Positions 1 through 8,109 of a stretch of 51,409 bases of DNA are shown here, in pieces; the first letter of the stretch is position 1; the number at the start of each line of letters is the position of its first letter. The stretch spans positions 1 through 51,409 of the forward strand of contig JAGCDY010000072.1 of the NCBI GenBank assembly GCA_017650925.1. Reading direction: 5' to 3'. A program made the translations under genes and the position numbers. The notes below the pieces were generated by a model. The model did not search any database. It saw only the letters and a list, made by a program, of their open reading frames with translations, and was not told the DNA's origin. This DNA is from a bacterium (lineage in GTDB: Bacteria; Auribacterota; UBA3054).

Positions 1-789
1 GAATTCGACGACGTCATGAACAAGCAGCGCGCCGTCATCTACGAATTTAGGACGCACCTTCTGATGGAGGACAACATCAGGGAAGACGCCCTGCAGTTCC
101 TGGACGACGCCGCCGGCAACATCGTCGACGACTTCATGGCCGCGCAGGGCGAATTCAAGGAAGTTACTTCCGGCATGGTCAACCAGTTCATCGCGAAAGT
201 CCTAACTCTCTTCCCCGTCAACTTAGTCAGGGACGACGTGGCGAAACTGATGAAGAATCCCGCGGAACTCCAGCATTATCTTAGGGACGCCGTCTGGGCG
301 GCCTACAATAGGAAGATCCAGATCGAAGGCGAAGAGAACGTCAGCAAGCTCGAGCACATCGTCTTCCTGATGACCATCGACAAGTTCTGGAAGGACCACC
401 TCTACGAAATGGACGGCTTGAGGGAGTCCGTCTATCTAAGGTCCTACGGCCAGAAAGACCCGCTGCTGGAATACAAGAAGGAAGCGCACGCCATCTTCAC
501 GACCATGATGGAAGGATTGGCGGGCGAGATCGCCAAGTCGCTCTTCAACCTCACCACCGTCAGGGACCCCCAGGCGCTGATGGATATGTCGAACGCCACC
601 TACAGCTACAACGAAGTCTCCGCTCCCAACGAGATACAGAACGACATGCACATGAGCGACGTGGCCTACAGCGGCGCCGGCGGAGCCTTGAAGCAGAAGA
701 CCATCGTCAGGACACAGCCCAAAGTTGGTAGAAACGACCCCTGCCCCTGCGGCAGCGGCAAAAAATACAAGAACTGCTGCGGAAAATAA
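1..789 (+). CDS. secA: Preprotein translocase ATPase SecA, C-terminal fragment (5' end cut by the window edge)
   Basis: The frame is open from nt 1. The protein ends with the SecA zinc-binding tail [20 protein letters not shown]. The upstream region reads [32 protein letters not shown], typical of the SecA helical scaffold. Confidence 0.9.
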   Translation, partial: EFDDVMNKQRAVIYEFRTHLLMEDNIREDALQFLDDAAGNIVDDFMAAQGEFKEVTSGMVNQFIAKVLTLFPVNLVRDDVAKLMKNPAELQHYLRDAVWAAYNRKIQIEGEENVSKLEHIVFLMTIDKFWKDHLYEMDGLRESVYLRSYGQKDPLLEYKKEAHAIFTTMMEGLAGEIAKSLFNLTTVRDPQALMDMSNATYSYNEVSAPNEIQNDMHMSDVAYSGAGGALKQKTIVRTQPKVGRNDPCPCGSGKKYKNCCGK

Positions 790-790
790 T

Positions 791-913
791 ATGAAAAAAC
801 TTATCTTCCTCATTCTTTTGGCGGCTTTCGCCCTAAGCGCCTGCCGTTTCCTGCCGGTCATTTCCGGCGAAAAAGAGAACGTCCGCTACCGCGAGACTTA
901 CGATCCGTTCTGA
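791..913 (+). CDS. Small (40 aa) predicted lipoprotein
   Basis: MKKLIFLILLAAFALSAC is a signal peptide plus lipobox. The ATG lies 1 nt after the secA stop. The longer 725 start overlaps secA and would bury the signal peptide. Confidence 0.45.
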   Translation: MKKLIFLILLAAFALSACRFLPVISGEKENVRYRETYDPF

Positions 914-918
914 TTCCT

Positions 919-1626
919 ATGGATCTTGCCGAGATCTTAAAAGGCGACCGCATCGTTTTCTTCGGCGGAGCCGGCGTGTCGACGGAGTCGGGGATACCCG
1001 ACTTTCGGAGCGTGGACGGCCTCTATAACCAGAAGTACGACTATCCTCCGGAAACGATACTTTCCCACTCCTTCTTCTTTGAGCACACGAAGGAATTTTT
1101 CCGCTTTTACCGCGACAAGATCTTGGTCGAGGGCGTCAAGCCCAACAAGGCTCATTTGGCTCTGGCTAAGCTCGAACAGGAAGGCAAGCTCATTTCCGTC
1201 GTGACGCAGAACATCGACGCCTTGCACACCAAAGCTGGCAGCAAGCGCGTCTGGGAACTGCACGGCTCGGTCGCCAGAAACCACTGCCTAAACTGCGGCA
1301 AAAGCTTCAGCCTCGACTATATCAAGGAAACGGACGGCATCCCCATCTGCTCCTGCGGCGGCTATATCAAGCCCGACGTCGTCCTCTACGAGGAATCTCT
1401 GGATGACGAGACGGTAAGGGGCGCCGTAATGGACATCAGCCGCGCCAAAACCTTGATCGTGGGCGGCACGTCCTTGAACGTCTATCCCGCCGCCGGTCTT
1501 CTCAACTATTTCCGCGGCGACACCATCGTGCTAATCAATAAGAGTGCCACACCCTTCGACCGCAAAGCCGACCTTGTCATAAGGGAACCCATCGGCGAAA
1601 CTTTAGGCAACGCTGTTGGGATCTAA
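919..1626 (+). CDS. cobB: NAD-dependent protein deacylase, Sir2/CobB family
   Basis: Contains the sirtuin motifs GAGVSTESGIPDFRS and TQNIDALH, and a zinc ribbon CLNCG...CSCGG. Confidence 0.85.
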   Translation: MDLAEILKGDRIVFFGGAGVSTESGIPDFRSVDGLYNQKYDYPPETILSHSFFFEHTKEFFRFYRDKILVEGVKPNKAHLALAKLEQEGKLISVVTQNIDALHTKAGSKRVWELHGSVARNHCLNCGKSFSLDYIKETDGIPICSCGGYIKPDVVLYEESLDDETVRGAVMDISRAKTLIVGGTSLNVYPAAGLLNYFRGDTIVLINKSATPFDRKADLVIREPIGETLGNAVGI

Positions 1627-1632
1627 GGAAAT

Positions 1633-1664
1633 AAAAAAACGGCCGCGGGTGCGGCCGTTTTTTT
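1633..1664. terminator. Bidirectional intrinsic terminator between convergent cobB and rpsD
   Basis: A7 run, stem CGGCCGC, loop GGGT, stem GCGGCCG, then a T7 run. Confidence 0.8.
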
Positions 1665-1689
1665 ATGGGTGTCAGTCGATTCCTGACTA

Positions 1690-2298
1690 CTACTGTCTGG
1701 CGTAGAATTCCACCACCAGCGACACGTCGCAGATGACGGGAACTTCGTCGCGCTGAGGCAGAGCGACCAGAGTGGCCTTCAATTCTTTCTCGTCAACGGA
1801 AAGATAGGCGGGCGCCGGATTGCGGCGTTCCATGGAGTCCTTGACGATCTGGAACTGTTTGGCTTTTTCGCAAACGCTGACCACATCGCCCGGCTTCACG
1901 CAGTAGGAAGGAATGTTGACTTTCTTGCCATTCACTTCGACATGCGCATGGGAGACGAACTGGCGGGCGGCGTAGACGGTCGGCGCGAAGCCGGCGCGGA
2001 GGACGACCGCATCCAGACGAGTCTCCAGAAGCTGGACCATGGTCTCACCGGTGTTGGTGGCCTTGGCGGCCGCCTTGCGGTAGTAGTTTACCATCTGTCG
2101 TTCGTGCACGTTGTACTGGCAACGCAGGCGCTGCTTTTCAATCAGCTGGCGCTTGTATTCCGACAGTTTGGAGCGTCTGGTGTTGCCGCCGTGCTGTCCC
2201 GGGGGATTGGGACGGCGTTCCATGACCTTGCCGGCCTTCGGAGTGATGGCCACGCCAAGGCGACGGGAGAGACGTACCTTAGGTCCTTTGTAATTCAT
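1690..2298 (-). CDS. rpsD: 30S ribosomal protein S4
   Basis: MNYKGPKVRLSRRLG... is the typical S4 N-terminus. An S4 RNA-binding domain is present. Length is 202 aa. Confidence 0.95.
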   Translation of the reverse strand: MNYKGPKVRLSRRLGVAITPKAGKVMERRPNPPGQHGGNTRRSKLSEYKRQLIEKQRLRCQYNVHERQMVNYYRKAAAKATNTGETMVQLLETRLDAVVLRAGFAPTVYAARQFVSHAHVEVNGKKVNIPSYCVKPGDVVSVCEKAKQFQIVKDSMERRNPAPAYLSVDEKELKATLVALPQRDEVPVICDVSLVVEFYARQ

Positions 2299-2374
2299 AA
2301 TGATTCCAAAGTGTTATCGTTAATTTCCACGCATTGCCTTACTGCTTTTCAGGCATAATTATACGTGGGCTAAA

Positions 2375-2404
2375 ATTCTAACAAATGAGGGCTTTAAAAG
2401 TCAA
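2375..2404 (-). promoter_or_regulatory. Candidate sigma70-type promoter of rpsD: TTGACT-N18-TAGAAT with a TGt extended -10
   Basis: The minus strand reads TTGACT (2399-2404), then an 18-nt spacer, then TGTTAGAAT (2375-2383). This lies about 75 nt upstream of the rpsD ATG. Confidence 0.4.
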
Positions 2405-2417
2405 GGCTGGGAACCCA

Positions 2418-3662
2418 TTAATGGATCGCCATGCGGAAGCCGATATTGTTGTTCCTGACGTTCTTGCCCATTCTCATGGCAATGCGGCAGTTGCCCGCCG
2501 GGTCGTTGTAATAAATACTGCCGCCCTTGACGACGTAGGGAGCCGAGAGGGAGCGGTTGCCGACGGGGTCGGTCAGAGGATTAGTGCCAAGGCGTTGGAG
2601 GTGGTGGTCAAGGCAGAGATCCCAAACGTTGCCGTGCATGTCGTAGAGACCGTTCAAGCCGGGCTGTTTCGTGCCCGCTTCGTGGGGACGGCCGAAGTGG
2701 TCTTGGCCGCGCGTATCGTTATGCCAGGCGAGAACGTCCAAATGAGACCAGTCGACGGCGTTCGTGCCGCCCTGCTCCCACTGGAAGGGAGTGCCGTCGT
2801 TCCAGACATAGTCGCCGTGGTAGGTGCCGTCGCCCTTGTCCCTGGCGGCCAGCTCCCACTGGCCTTCCGTGGGGAGGTCGAAGGTGAGGCCGTAGCCGGT
2901 CTTCTGGCGCAGTCTGCCGAAGAAACTGTTGGTGTCCACCCTGTAGTCTATCTTGTTGGGCCAGGTCTTGCCGTAATTGGTACCGCGCAGATCATCCATG
3001 TTGATCTGAACTCTGGACACCTTGCAGGTGGAGACCGTCTCGCTGTTTATTTTATCGAAGTGGGCTTCGGTGCACTCCAAAACGCCGAGATAGAAAGCTT
3101 TCGTTATCGTCACCTGGTGCTTGTCTTCACCGTTGCTGGCGGTCGGTTCTCTGCCGATCTCATCCGTGGCGGAGCCCTGGTAGCAGGTGCCGGCGTTTAT
3201 TCTCTTGAACCAGACCTCGGTGGTCTTGCAAGTATCCAGCGCAACGTTCGGGCCGACCTCGCTGTGGCTCATGGTGTAATCGTTGAGATTCAAGACAAGA
3301 TAATTAGCGGCGGAGGTGACGTCCAGGGCGACAACGGCGAACTTGGCCTCACTGGTGTCAAGGTTCGGGTAGTCTACGGAAGCGTCCCAGGTGATTTTTT
3401 TCGTGCCCGCGCCAAGGGTAACGCCGCAGGCGCCGTCGCCTTCAAGGTTGTTGAGGGTGATCGTAGAGCCGCCGATCTGGCCGTAGAAGGCCACGCGGAA
3501 GACCGGGTCGCTCTGGTTGGAGGTCAGGGTGTATACAATGTCTACTTTGCCGTTGAAGGGCCAACGCTGCTCGGCGGTGACGCTAGTCACCGTACTGTTG
3601 GCCAAAACGGATGAGGCAAGGACTAAAGACAGCAAAAACAAAAAGAAGGATCTGTTGTTCAC
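2418..3662 (-). CDS. Secreted FGE/SUMF1-like (sulfatase-modifying-factor fold) protein with an N-terminal beta-sandwich-like domain
   Basis: Signal peptide MNNRSFFLFLLSLVLASSVLA. FGE-fold motifs are present (GLYDMHGNVWDLCLD, KGGS....CR, IGFRMAI). It is a paralog of 4598-5890 and of the C-terminal part of 20083-21753. Confidence 0.8.
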   Translation of the reverse strand: MNNRSFFLFLLSLVLASSVLANSTVTSVTAEQRWPFNGKVDIVYTLTSNQSDPVFRVAFYGQIGGSTITLNNLEGDGACGVTLGAGTKKITWDASVDYPNLDTSEAKFAVVALDVTSAANYLVLNLNDYTMSHSEVGPNVALDTCKTTEVWFKRINAGTCYQGSATDEIGREPTASNGEDKHQVTITKAFYLGVLECTEAHFDKINSETVSTCKVSRVQINMDDLRGTNYGKTWPNKIDYRVDTNSFFGRLRQKTGYGLTFDLPTEGQWELAARDKGDGTYHGDYVWNDGTPFQWEQGGTNAVDWSHLDVLAWHNDTRGQDHFGRPHEAGTKQPGLNGLYDMHGNVWDLCLDHHLQRLGTNPLTDPVGNRSLSAPYVVKGGSIYYNDPAGNCRIAMRMGKNVRNNNIGFRMAIH

Positions 3663-3672
3663 TTTATATACC

Positions 3673-4578
3673 TCAGTTTAATTTTCTGGAGATGAGACCG
3701 AAGACGAGGAGCGCCAGGAGCGCGAGGGAAGGCTCCGGAGTGATCGTGATGGTCGCGACGCCGGTCACGTTTTGGAAGACCGTGGATTGGTCATCGTTGT
3801 CGAATATCGAGTAGTTGAGGGTGTAAGAGTCGCCCCTCGGCAGGACGCCCGGATCGACCTCGCTGTAATCCCACTGGTAGGTGCCCTCTCCCTCGACTGC
3901 GCTGGTCATGATCGTGTAGGTGTCGCCGGCGGATGAGGTCGAGGGGGAGAAGAAGCTCAGGATGCTGTTTTCGCCCTGGTCAACGGTGTAGAGCGTGATC
4001 TTCCTGTTGAAGCCTTGGCCGTTCAAGGCCCATTTGGCGCTGTAAGATATGGGAGTGTTCGGCTTGATCTCGATGCTCTTTCCGGGCGCGATGTTGAGGG
4101 TGTCAACGGAATAACCGTCTGACCAGACGGGATACAGGGGCTCGCCCTCGCCTATGGTGACGGGCGCCTCGTCGCGCAAGAGGACGGTGCCGTTTCCGTC
4201 TGTGACTTCATGCACCAAGGTGTACGTGATGCCCCTCGGCAGGGCTATTATGTCCTCGTCGGCGTAGTTCCAGAAACAGTAACCGTATTCATTGTTGAAA
4301 GGGTTGCGGTAGATGTAATACGGCCTGACCATGGAGGCGGTCGCCTTAACGGTCGATACCTTGTCATAACCGTAGGCCCAGTCCGAACCGTAAGGTATGG
4401 GATCGTAGACCTCGATCTTAAAAGGCGTTCCAAGGTCGGCGGTGTTGATGATGACGTCGTCGCTCCACATTGTCTCGGTCGCGGGATCGCTCATCCAATC
4501 ATTCGCGCCGGCCAAGGCAGGGGCGGCAATAAAGAGCGCCAGAGCGGTCAGAAGCGTTGTTTTAAAAATATCTCTCAT
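3673..4578 (-). CDS. PEP-CTERM-anchored secreted protein of unknown function
   Basis: N-terminal signal peptide ...AAPALAGA. The C-terminus TPEPSLALLALLVFGLISRKLN has the PEP motif, a hydrophobic helix and a basic tail. Confidence 0.75.
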   Translation of the reverse strand: MRDIFKTTLLTALALFIAAPALAGANDWMSDPATETMWSDDVIINTADLGTPFKIEVYDPIPYGSDWAYGYDKVSTVKATASMVRPYYIYRNPFNNEYGYCFWNYADEDIIALPRGITYTLVHEVTDGNGTVLLRDEAPVTIGEGEPLYPVWSDGYSVDTLNIAPGKSIEIKPNTPISYSAKWALNGQGFNRKITLYTVDQGENSILSFFSPSTSSAGDTYTIMTSAVEGEGTYQWDYSEVDPGVLPRGDSYTLNYSIFDNDDQSTVFQNVTGVATITITPEPSLALLALLVFGLISRKLN

Positions 4579-4597
4579 TATTCAATCTCAGTTGTTA

Positions 4598-5890
4598 TTA
4601 GAAAACGATAGCGATGCGGAAACCAATGTTGTCGTTCTTGACGTTTTTAGTCAATCTCATGGCCATGCGGCAGTAGTTGGGCGGGTCGTTCTTGTAGATG
4701 CTGCCGCCTTTAACTATGGCAAAATTGCCTATGTCTGAGCCGACAGGGTCGACTACGGGATCCGTGCCAAGGTGGTTCAGAAAGCGGTCCATGGTGTATT
4801 CCCAAACGTTGCCGTGTATGTCGTAAAGACCGTTGATGCCTGGCTTCTTCAAGCCCACTTCATGGACGACGCCCCTGGTGCCGGTCTGATCAGCGTACCA
4901 GGCAAGGTTGGTAAGATCGGAATAGTCGACGTATTGCGTGATGATCGGATTTTCAGGATCCGTATCGTCGATCTCGGTCTTCCAAAAAGTGGTGCCGTCG
5001 TTCCAGACATAGTCGTCGTGGTAAGTTCCGTCGCCCTTGTCCCTGGCGGCCATTTCCCACTGCGCCTCGGTGGGCAGGTCGAACTTCAGGCCGTAGCCGG
5101 TCTTCTGGCGCATTTTGCCGAAGAAGCTGTTGGCGTCCACCCTGTGGTCCGTATAGGCGGGCCAGGTTATCCCGTACTTGGAGCCGCGCAGATCCTCGTA
5201 TTTCAACTGAGTCTTGGGAAGCATGCTGGAACTGCTGGCGCCGGTAAGCGTCGCGAATTGGGCTTCAGTGGTCTCGAAAACGGCGATGTAGAAAGGCTTC
5301 GTTATGGTCACCTGGTGCTTGTCTTCGTAGTGCTTGGGGTTGGTCGGCTCCCTGCCCGGCTCGTCGGAGACGGAACCCATGTCGAAGGTCCCGGCCTTTA
5401 TCCTCTTGAACCAGATCTTCCAGGTCTTGCAGTTTTTGTGCGTGTCCTGCTCGATGTCGGGTCCGGCCATGTTGTAGCTCATGGTGAAGTTGTTCAGATC
5501 CAACACGAGATAGTCGGCCGCCTCGGTGACGTCAAGGGCGATGATGCCGAACTTCACGTTTTTGGAGTCGATGTTCGGCGCGTCTATGGAAGCGTCCCAG
5601 GTCACTCTTTTGACGCCGGACGCGAAGGTGACGCCGCAGGAGCCCTCGCCTTCCAGGGTGTTAAGGGCGAAAGGTTCGCCGCTGCCTATCTGGCCGTAGA
5701 AGGCCACGCGGAAGATGGGATTAGCCTCGTTGGAGGTAAGAGTGTAGTTGATGTCGACTTTGCCGTTCCACGGCCAGCGCTGGGCGGCGCTGATGTTGGA
5801 CACCACGTTGGTCGCGAGCGGATCGTCAGCGAAAGCCGGGACGACAAAAGCCATAGTCAACAAAAGCAGTAAAAGAGCTCTTCTGTTCAC
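4598..5890 (-). CDS. Secreted FGE/SUMF1-like protein (paralog)
   Basis: GTG start preceded by GAGGA. Signal peptide ...VVPAFA. It has the same N-terminal module (AAQRWPWNGKVDINYTLTS) and FGE-fold motifs (GLYDIHGNVWEYTMD, KGGS...YCR, IGFRIAI). Confidence 0.8.
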   Translation of the reverse strand: MNRRALLLLLLTMAFVVPAFADDPLATNVVSNISAAQRWPWNGKVDINYTLTSNEANPIFRVAFYGQIGSGEPFALNTLEGEGSCGVTFASGVKRVTWDASIDAPNIDSKNVKFGIIALDVTEAADYLVLDLNNFTMSYNMAGPDIEQDTHKNCKTWKIWFKRIKAGTFDMGSVSDEPGREPTNPKHYEDKHQVTITKPFYIAVFETTEAQFATLTGASSSSMLPKTQLKYEDLRGSKYGITWPAYTDHRVDANSFFGKMRQKTGYGLKFDLPTEAQWEMAARDKGDGTYHDDYVWNDGTTFWKTEIDDTDPENPIITQYVDYSDLTNLAWYADQTGTRGVVHEVGLKKPGINGLYDIHGNVWEYTMDRFLNHLGTDPVVDPVGSDIGNFAIVKGGSIYKNDPPNYCRMAMRLTKNVKNDNIGFRIAIVF

Positions 5891-6093
5891 GATGATTCCT
5901 CAGTTGATTTATTGCGTGGAAGTTGATTACTTTCTCTATATTCATTATACCGCGAAAATGGCATCAGCCATACCGCGGCACTTTGTCGCGAAGGTAAAAA
6001 TATACTTATTCAGTATTCGGATATGATACCAAAAACGACTTTCAAAAACAACCGAAGAATAATATTAGTCGATTTGTGTGTAGGAAACGATCT

Positions 6094-8109
6094 TCAGAGA
6101 TTGCGTTCGCTGCGGAAGAAGACGGCTATCTCGTTGATCCTGGCGCTTCTTTCCCTTGAGTCGTAAGTCCTGAGGCAGAGATTGTTTTCCGCGAATTCGT
6201 CGGGGCGCATTCTGTTTGTGTAAAGGATCTTGAACCTGACATAGCGGACCGGCTTGGCGCCGAAGGTGTATTCCTCGCAGGGCTTGTCGGGAATGCCGTT
6301 GTTTTTTAGGCCCACACGCTCCCAGTTCTCGCCGTCCAGGGAGATCTCGATGGTGTAGCGCTGGGCGGAAAGTCCGTCGCTGTATGGATATACCGCTATG
6401 GTGTCGCAGACGGTCGGCGCTTCAAGGTCGATGGTGGCGGTTTGTCCTAACCTCGTGCCTTCCCAGGCGTTGCCGTTGTCAATGACGCCGTCCGTAAGGT
6501 ATTCCGGACCGCAGTCCAGGTATGTTTCATAATTGGAGGTGACGGGTTTTCCGAAGGCGAGGTTGCCTTCAATAAGGCGAGTATCGAGCGTTGTGAAAGT
6601 ATTGGCGGAAAGACCAACGGAGTTCCTTAAGTTCGGGCGGTCGAGGAGGCCGCGGCCGAACTGCACATATTTGATGTTCTTTACTTCCGGAGCGGAGATC
6701 GTGACAGCGTCGGAAGATGTGATCTTCGCTTCGGCGGGATGGAAAACTTTGTCGGAGCCGGCAACCTCAAAGCAGTCGGGCGTTTTTCCGTCGCTGGTCG
6801 TGAGACCGTCGTAGACATTGTCGAAAGTAAGCTTAGCCTTGGCGCCCTCTAGTTCCACGCTTTTTATTTTCGGGAAATAAGGCTTGATGTCATTTTTCCC
6901 GTACTGCTCTTTGAGCGCGAGGTTGGCGAGCCTCACGGCCAGGGGCTTCTTGTCCATCGGATGGATGTTGGCAAGGTCGTCCGCGGTGTCGTAGGCGAGA
7001 GCCATCCCGGTATTGGGAATGTCGAGGGAGCGCGTCTGGGCGTCTATTATTTCGTTGCGGTGGGTGTATATGGCGACGTAGTGCCACGGGGCGATCTGAA
7101 CGTAGTAGAAGGGCAGGTTTTCATTCCAAAGCTCGCGCCAGCCCTCGACGAGGGCGTGCATCTTCTGGTAGTAGGATTCGGCGCAGGGACGGTCGATCAC
7201 GTCGTACTCCGCCTGGTACCAGAGGAAGCCCTTTATCGCAAAAGGAACGAGAGGATGAATCTGCGTGTTGTAGATGGAGCAGTTCTCGTAAGGAGTGGGG
7301 TATTTGGGAGGCTTGGGAGGAGGAGGCATTATTTCGCCTTCCTTTACGGAAACTTTAAGCTTTTCCGCCCATTCCTGGTTTTTCCTGTAGGTGTTGACAA
7401 GGGATGCTTCGTAAAGTTTCCTCTGCTTCTTGACGTCGTAGACGTTGCCTTCCATGCCCTTCACTTTTTCAAAGCCTATGGGCGGAATGTAGGATCTTAT
7501 CGGCGTGCCGCCCCAGGAGGAATTGATGACGCCAATTGGAGCGTCTATTTCTTCCATAAGGCGCCTGGCGAAGAAGTAGCCGATGGCGCAGAAGCCGCCG
7601 AAGGTTCCTCTGCCGGCCGTTTCCGGCGTGCAGACGTCCCAGGGACGGTCGATGTCGAAGCGGGGCGTATAGCTTGTCTTGTTTACAGTTGTCAAGATCC
7701 TGAGGAAGGGATGGTCGGCGTTCTTAACAAGCTCGTCTCCGTTGTAGCAGGCCTTGATGCCCATCTCCATGTTCGATTGCCCGGAGCAGAGCCAGACCTC
7801 GCCGATCAGTATGTCGTTTACGACGATCTCTTCGCCGGTCGAAGCCTTGATAGTCATGGTCTGCGGGACGAAAGTCTTTGTAAGAGGAGCGAGCCTGACC
7901 ATCCAGGAGCCGAAACCGTCGGCGGTCGTCTCCAGAGTTTGGTCTTGGAAGACGACGGTCACTTTGGCGCCCTTTTGGCAAAGGCCCCAAACCGGGACGG
8001 GCTTTCCCTGCTGCAGGACCATGTGGTCGCTTATTACTTTCGGCAGCCTCAATTCGTGATTGCCGGGCTCGATGCCAAGCTCTTTCTCAAAAGACAAAGG
8101 CGAATACAT
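6094..8109 (-). CDS. Sialate O-acetylesterase (SASA/DUF303 family) with a C-terminal discoidin/F5-8 type C-like domain; no signal peptide
   Basis: Contains the motif GEVWLCSGQSNME and SSWGGTPI. The C-terminal roughly 150 aa resemble a discoidin carbohydrate-binding module. It is a paralog of 27187-29133. The start overlaps the RND stop as TAATG. Confidence 0.75.
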   Translation of the reverse strand: MYSPLSFEKELGIEPGNHELRLPKVISDHMVLQQGKPVPVWGLCQKGAKVTVVFQDQTLETTADGFGSWMVRLAPLTKTFVPQTMTIKASTGEEIVVNDILIGEVWLCSGQSNMEMGIKACYNGDELVKNADHPFLRILTTVNKTSYTPRFDIDRPWDVCTPETAGRGTFGGFCAIGYFFARRLMEEIDAPIGVINSSWGGTPIRSYIPPIGFEKVKGMEGNVYDVKKQRKLYEASLVNTYRKNQEWAEKLKVSVKEGEIMPPPPKPPKYPTPYENCSIYNTQIHPLVPFAIKGFLWYQAEYDVIDRPCAESYYQKMHALVEGWRELWNENLPFYYVQIAPWHYVAIYTHRNEIIDAQTRSLDIPNTGMALAYDTADDLANIHPMDKKPLAVRLANLALKEQYGKNDIKPYFPKIKSVELEGAKAKLTFDNVYDGLTTSDGKTPDCFEVAGSDKVFHPAEAKITSSDAVTISAPEVKNIKYVQFGRGLLDRPNLRNSVGLSANTFTTLDTRLIEGNLAFGKPVTSNYETYLDCGPEYLTDGVIDNGNAWEGTRLGQTATIDLEAPTVCDTIAVYPYSDGLSAQRYTIEISLDGENWERVGLKNNGIPDKPCEEYTFGAKPVRYVRFKILYTNRMRPDEFAENNLCLRTYDSRERSARINEIAVFFRSERNL

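Noticed and set aside
725-913. The 62-aa version of the small ORF starting at 725. The long N-terminal extensions of cdaA (41763) and of the PDZ lipoprotein (44081) are similar cases.
   Set aside because: The extensions overlap upstream genes or promoters and bury the signal peptides. Internal ATGs with better context (791, 41958, 44150) were preferred.
2385-3614. A 409-aa plus-strand ORF. Analogous long antisense ORFs occur at 4772-5872, 6961-8112, 9564-10814, 29947-31551, 34404-35453, 41898-42749 and 48498-49190.
   Set aside because: Each is the antisense shadow of a gene with clear family motifs (FGE-like, esterase, RND, GH63-like, TPR, cdaA). They have low-complexity A/G/V/R-rich translations and no start-site context.
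2418-5890. Calling the FGE-fold genes formylglycine-generating enzymes or sulfatase maturases.
   Set aside because: Only one of the two active-site cysteines is present in all three paralogs, and there is no sulfatase nearby. The call is therefore restricted to FGE-fold protein of unknown function.
5950-5978. A hairpin CCGCG-AAA-ATGGC-ATCA-GCCAT-A-CCGCGG downstream of the esterase gene, considered as a terminator.
   Set aside because: The stem is short and interrupted, with no U-run on the minus strand. It may be incidental, so it is not listed as a feature. A TATAAT at 5944-5949 (minus strand) next to it lacks a TG extension or a -35 element.
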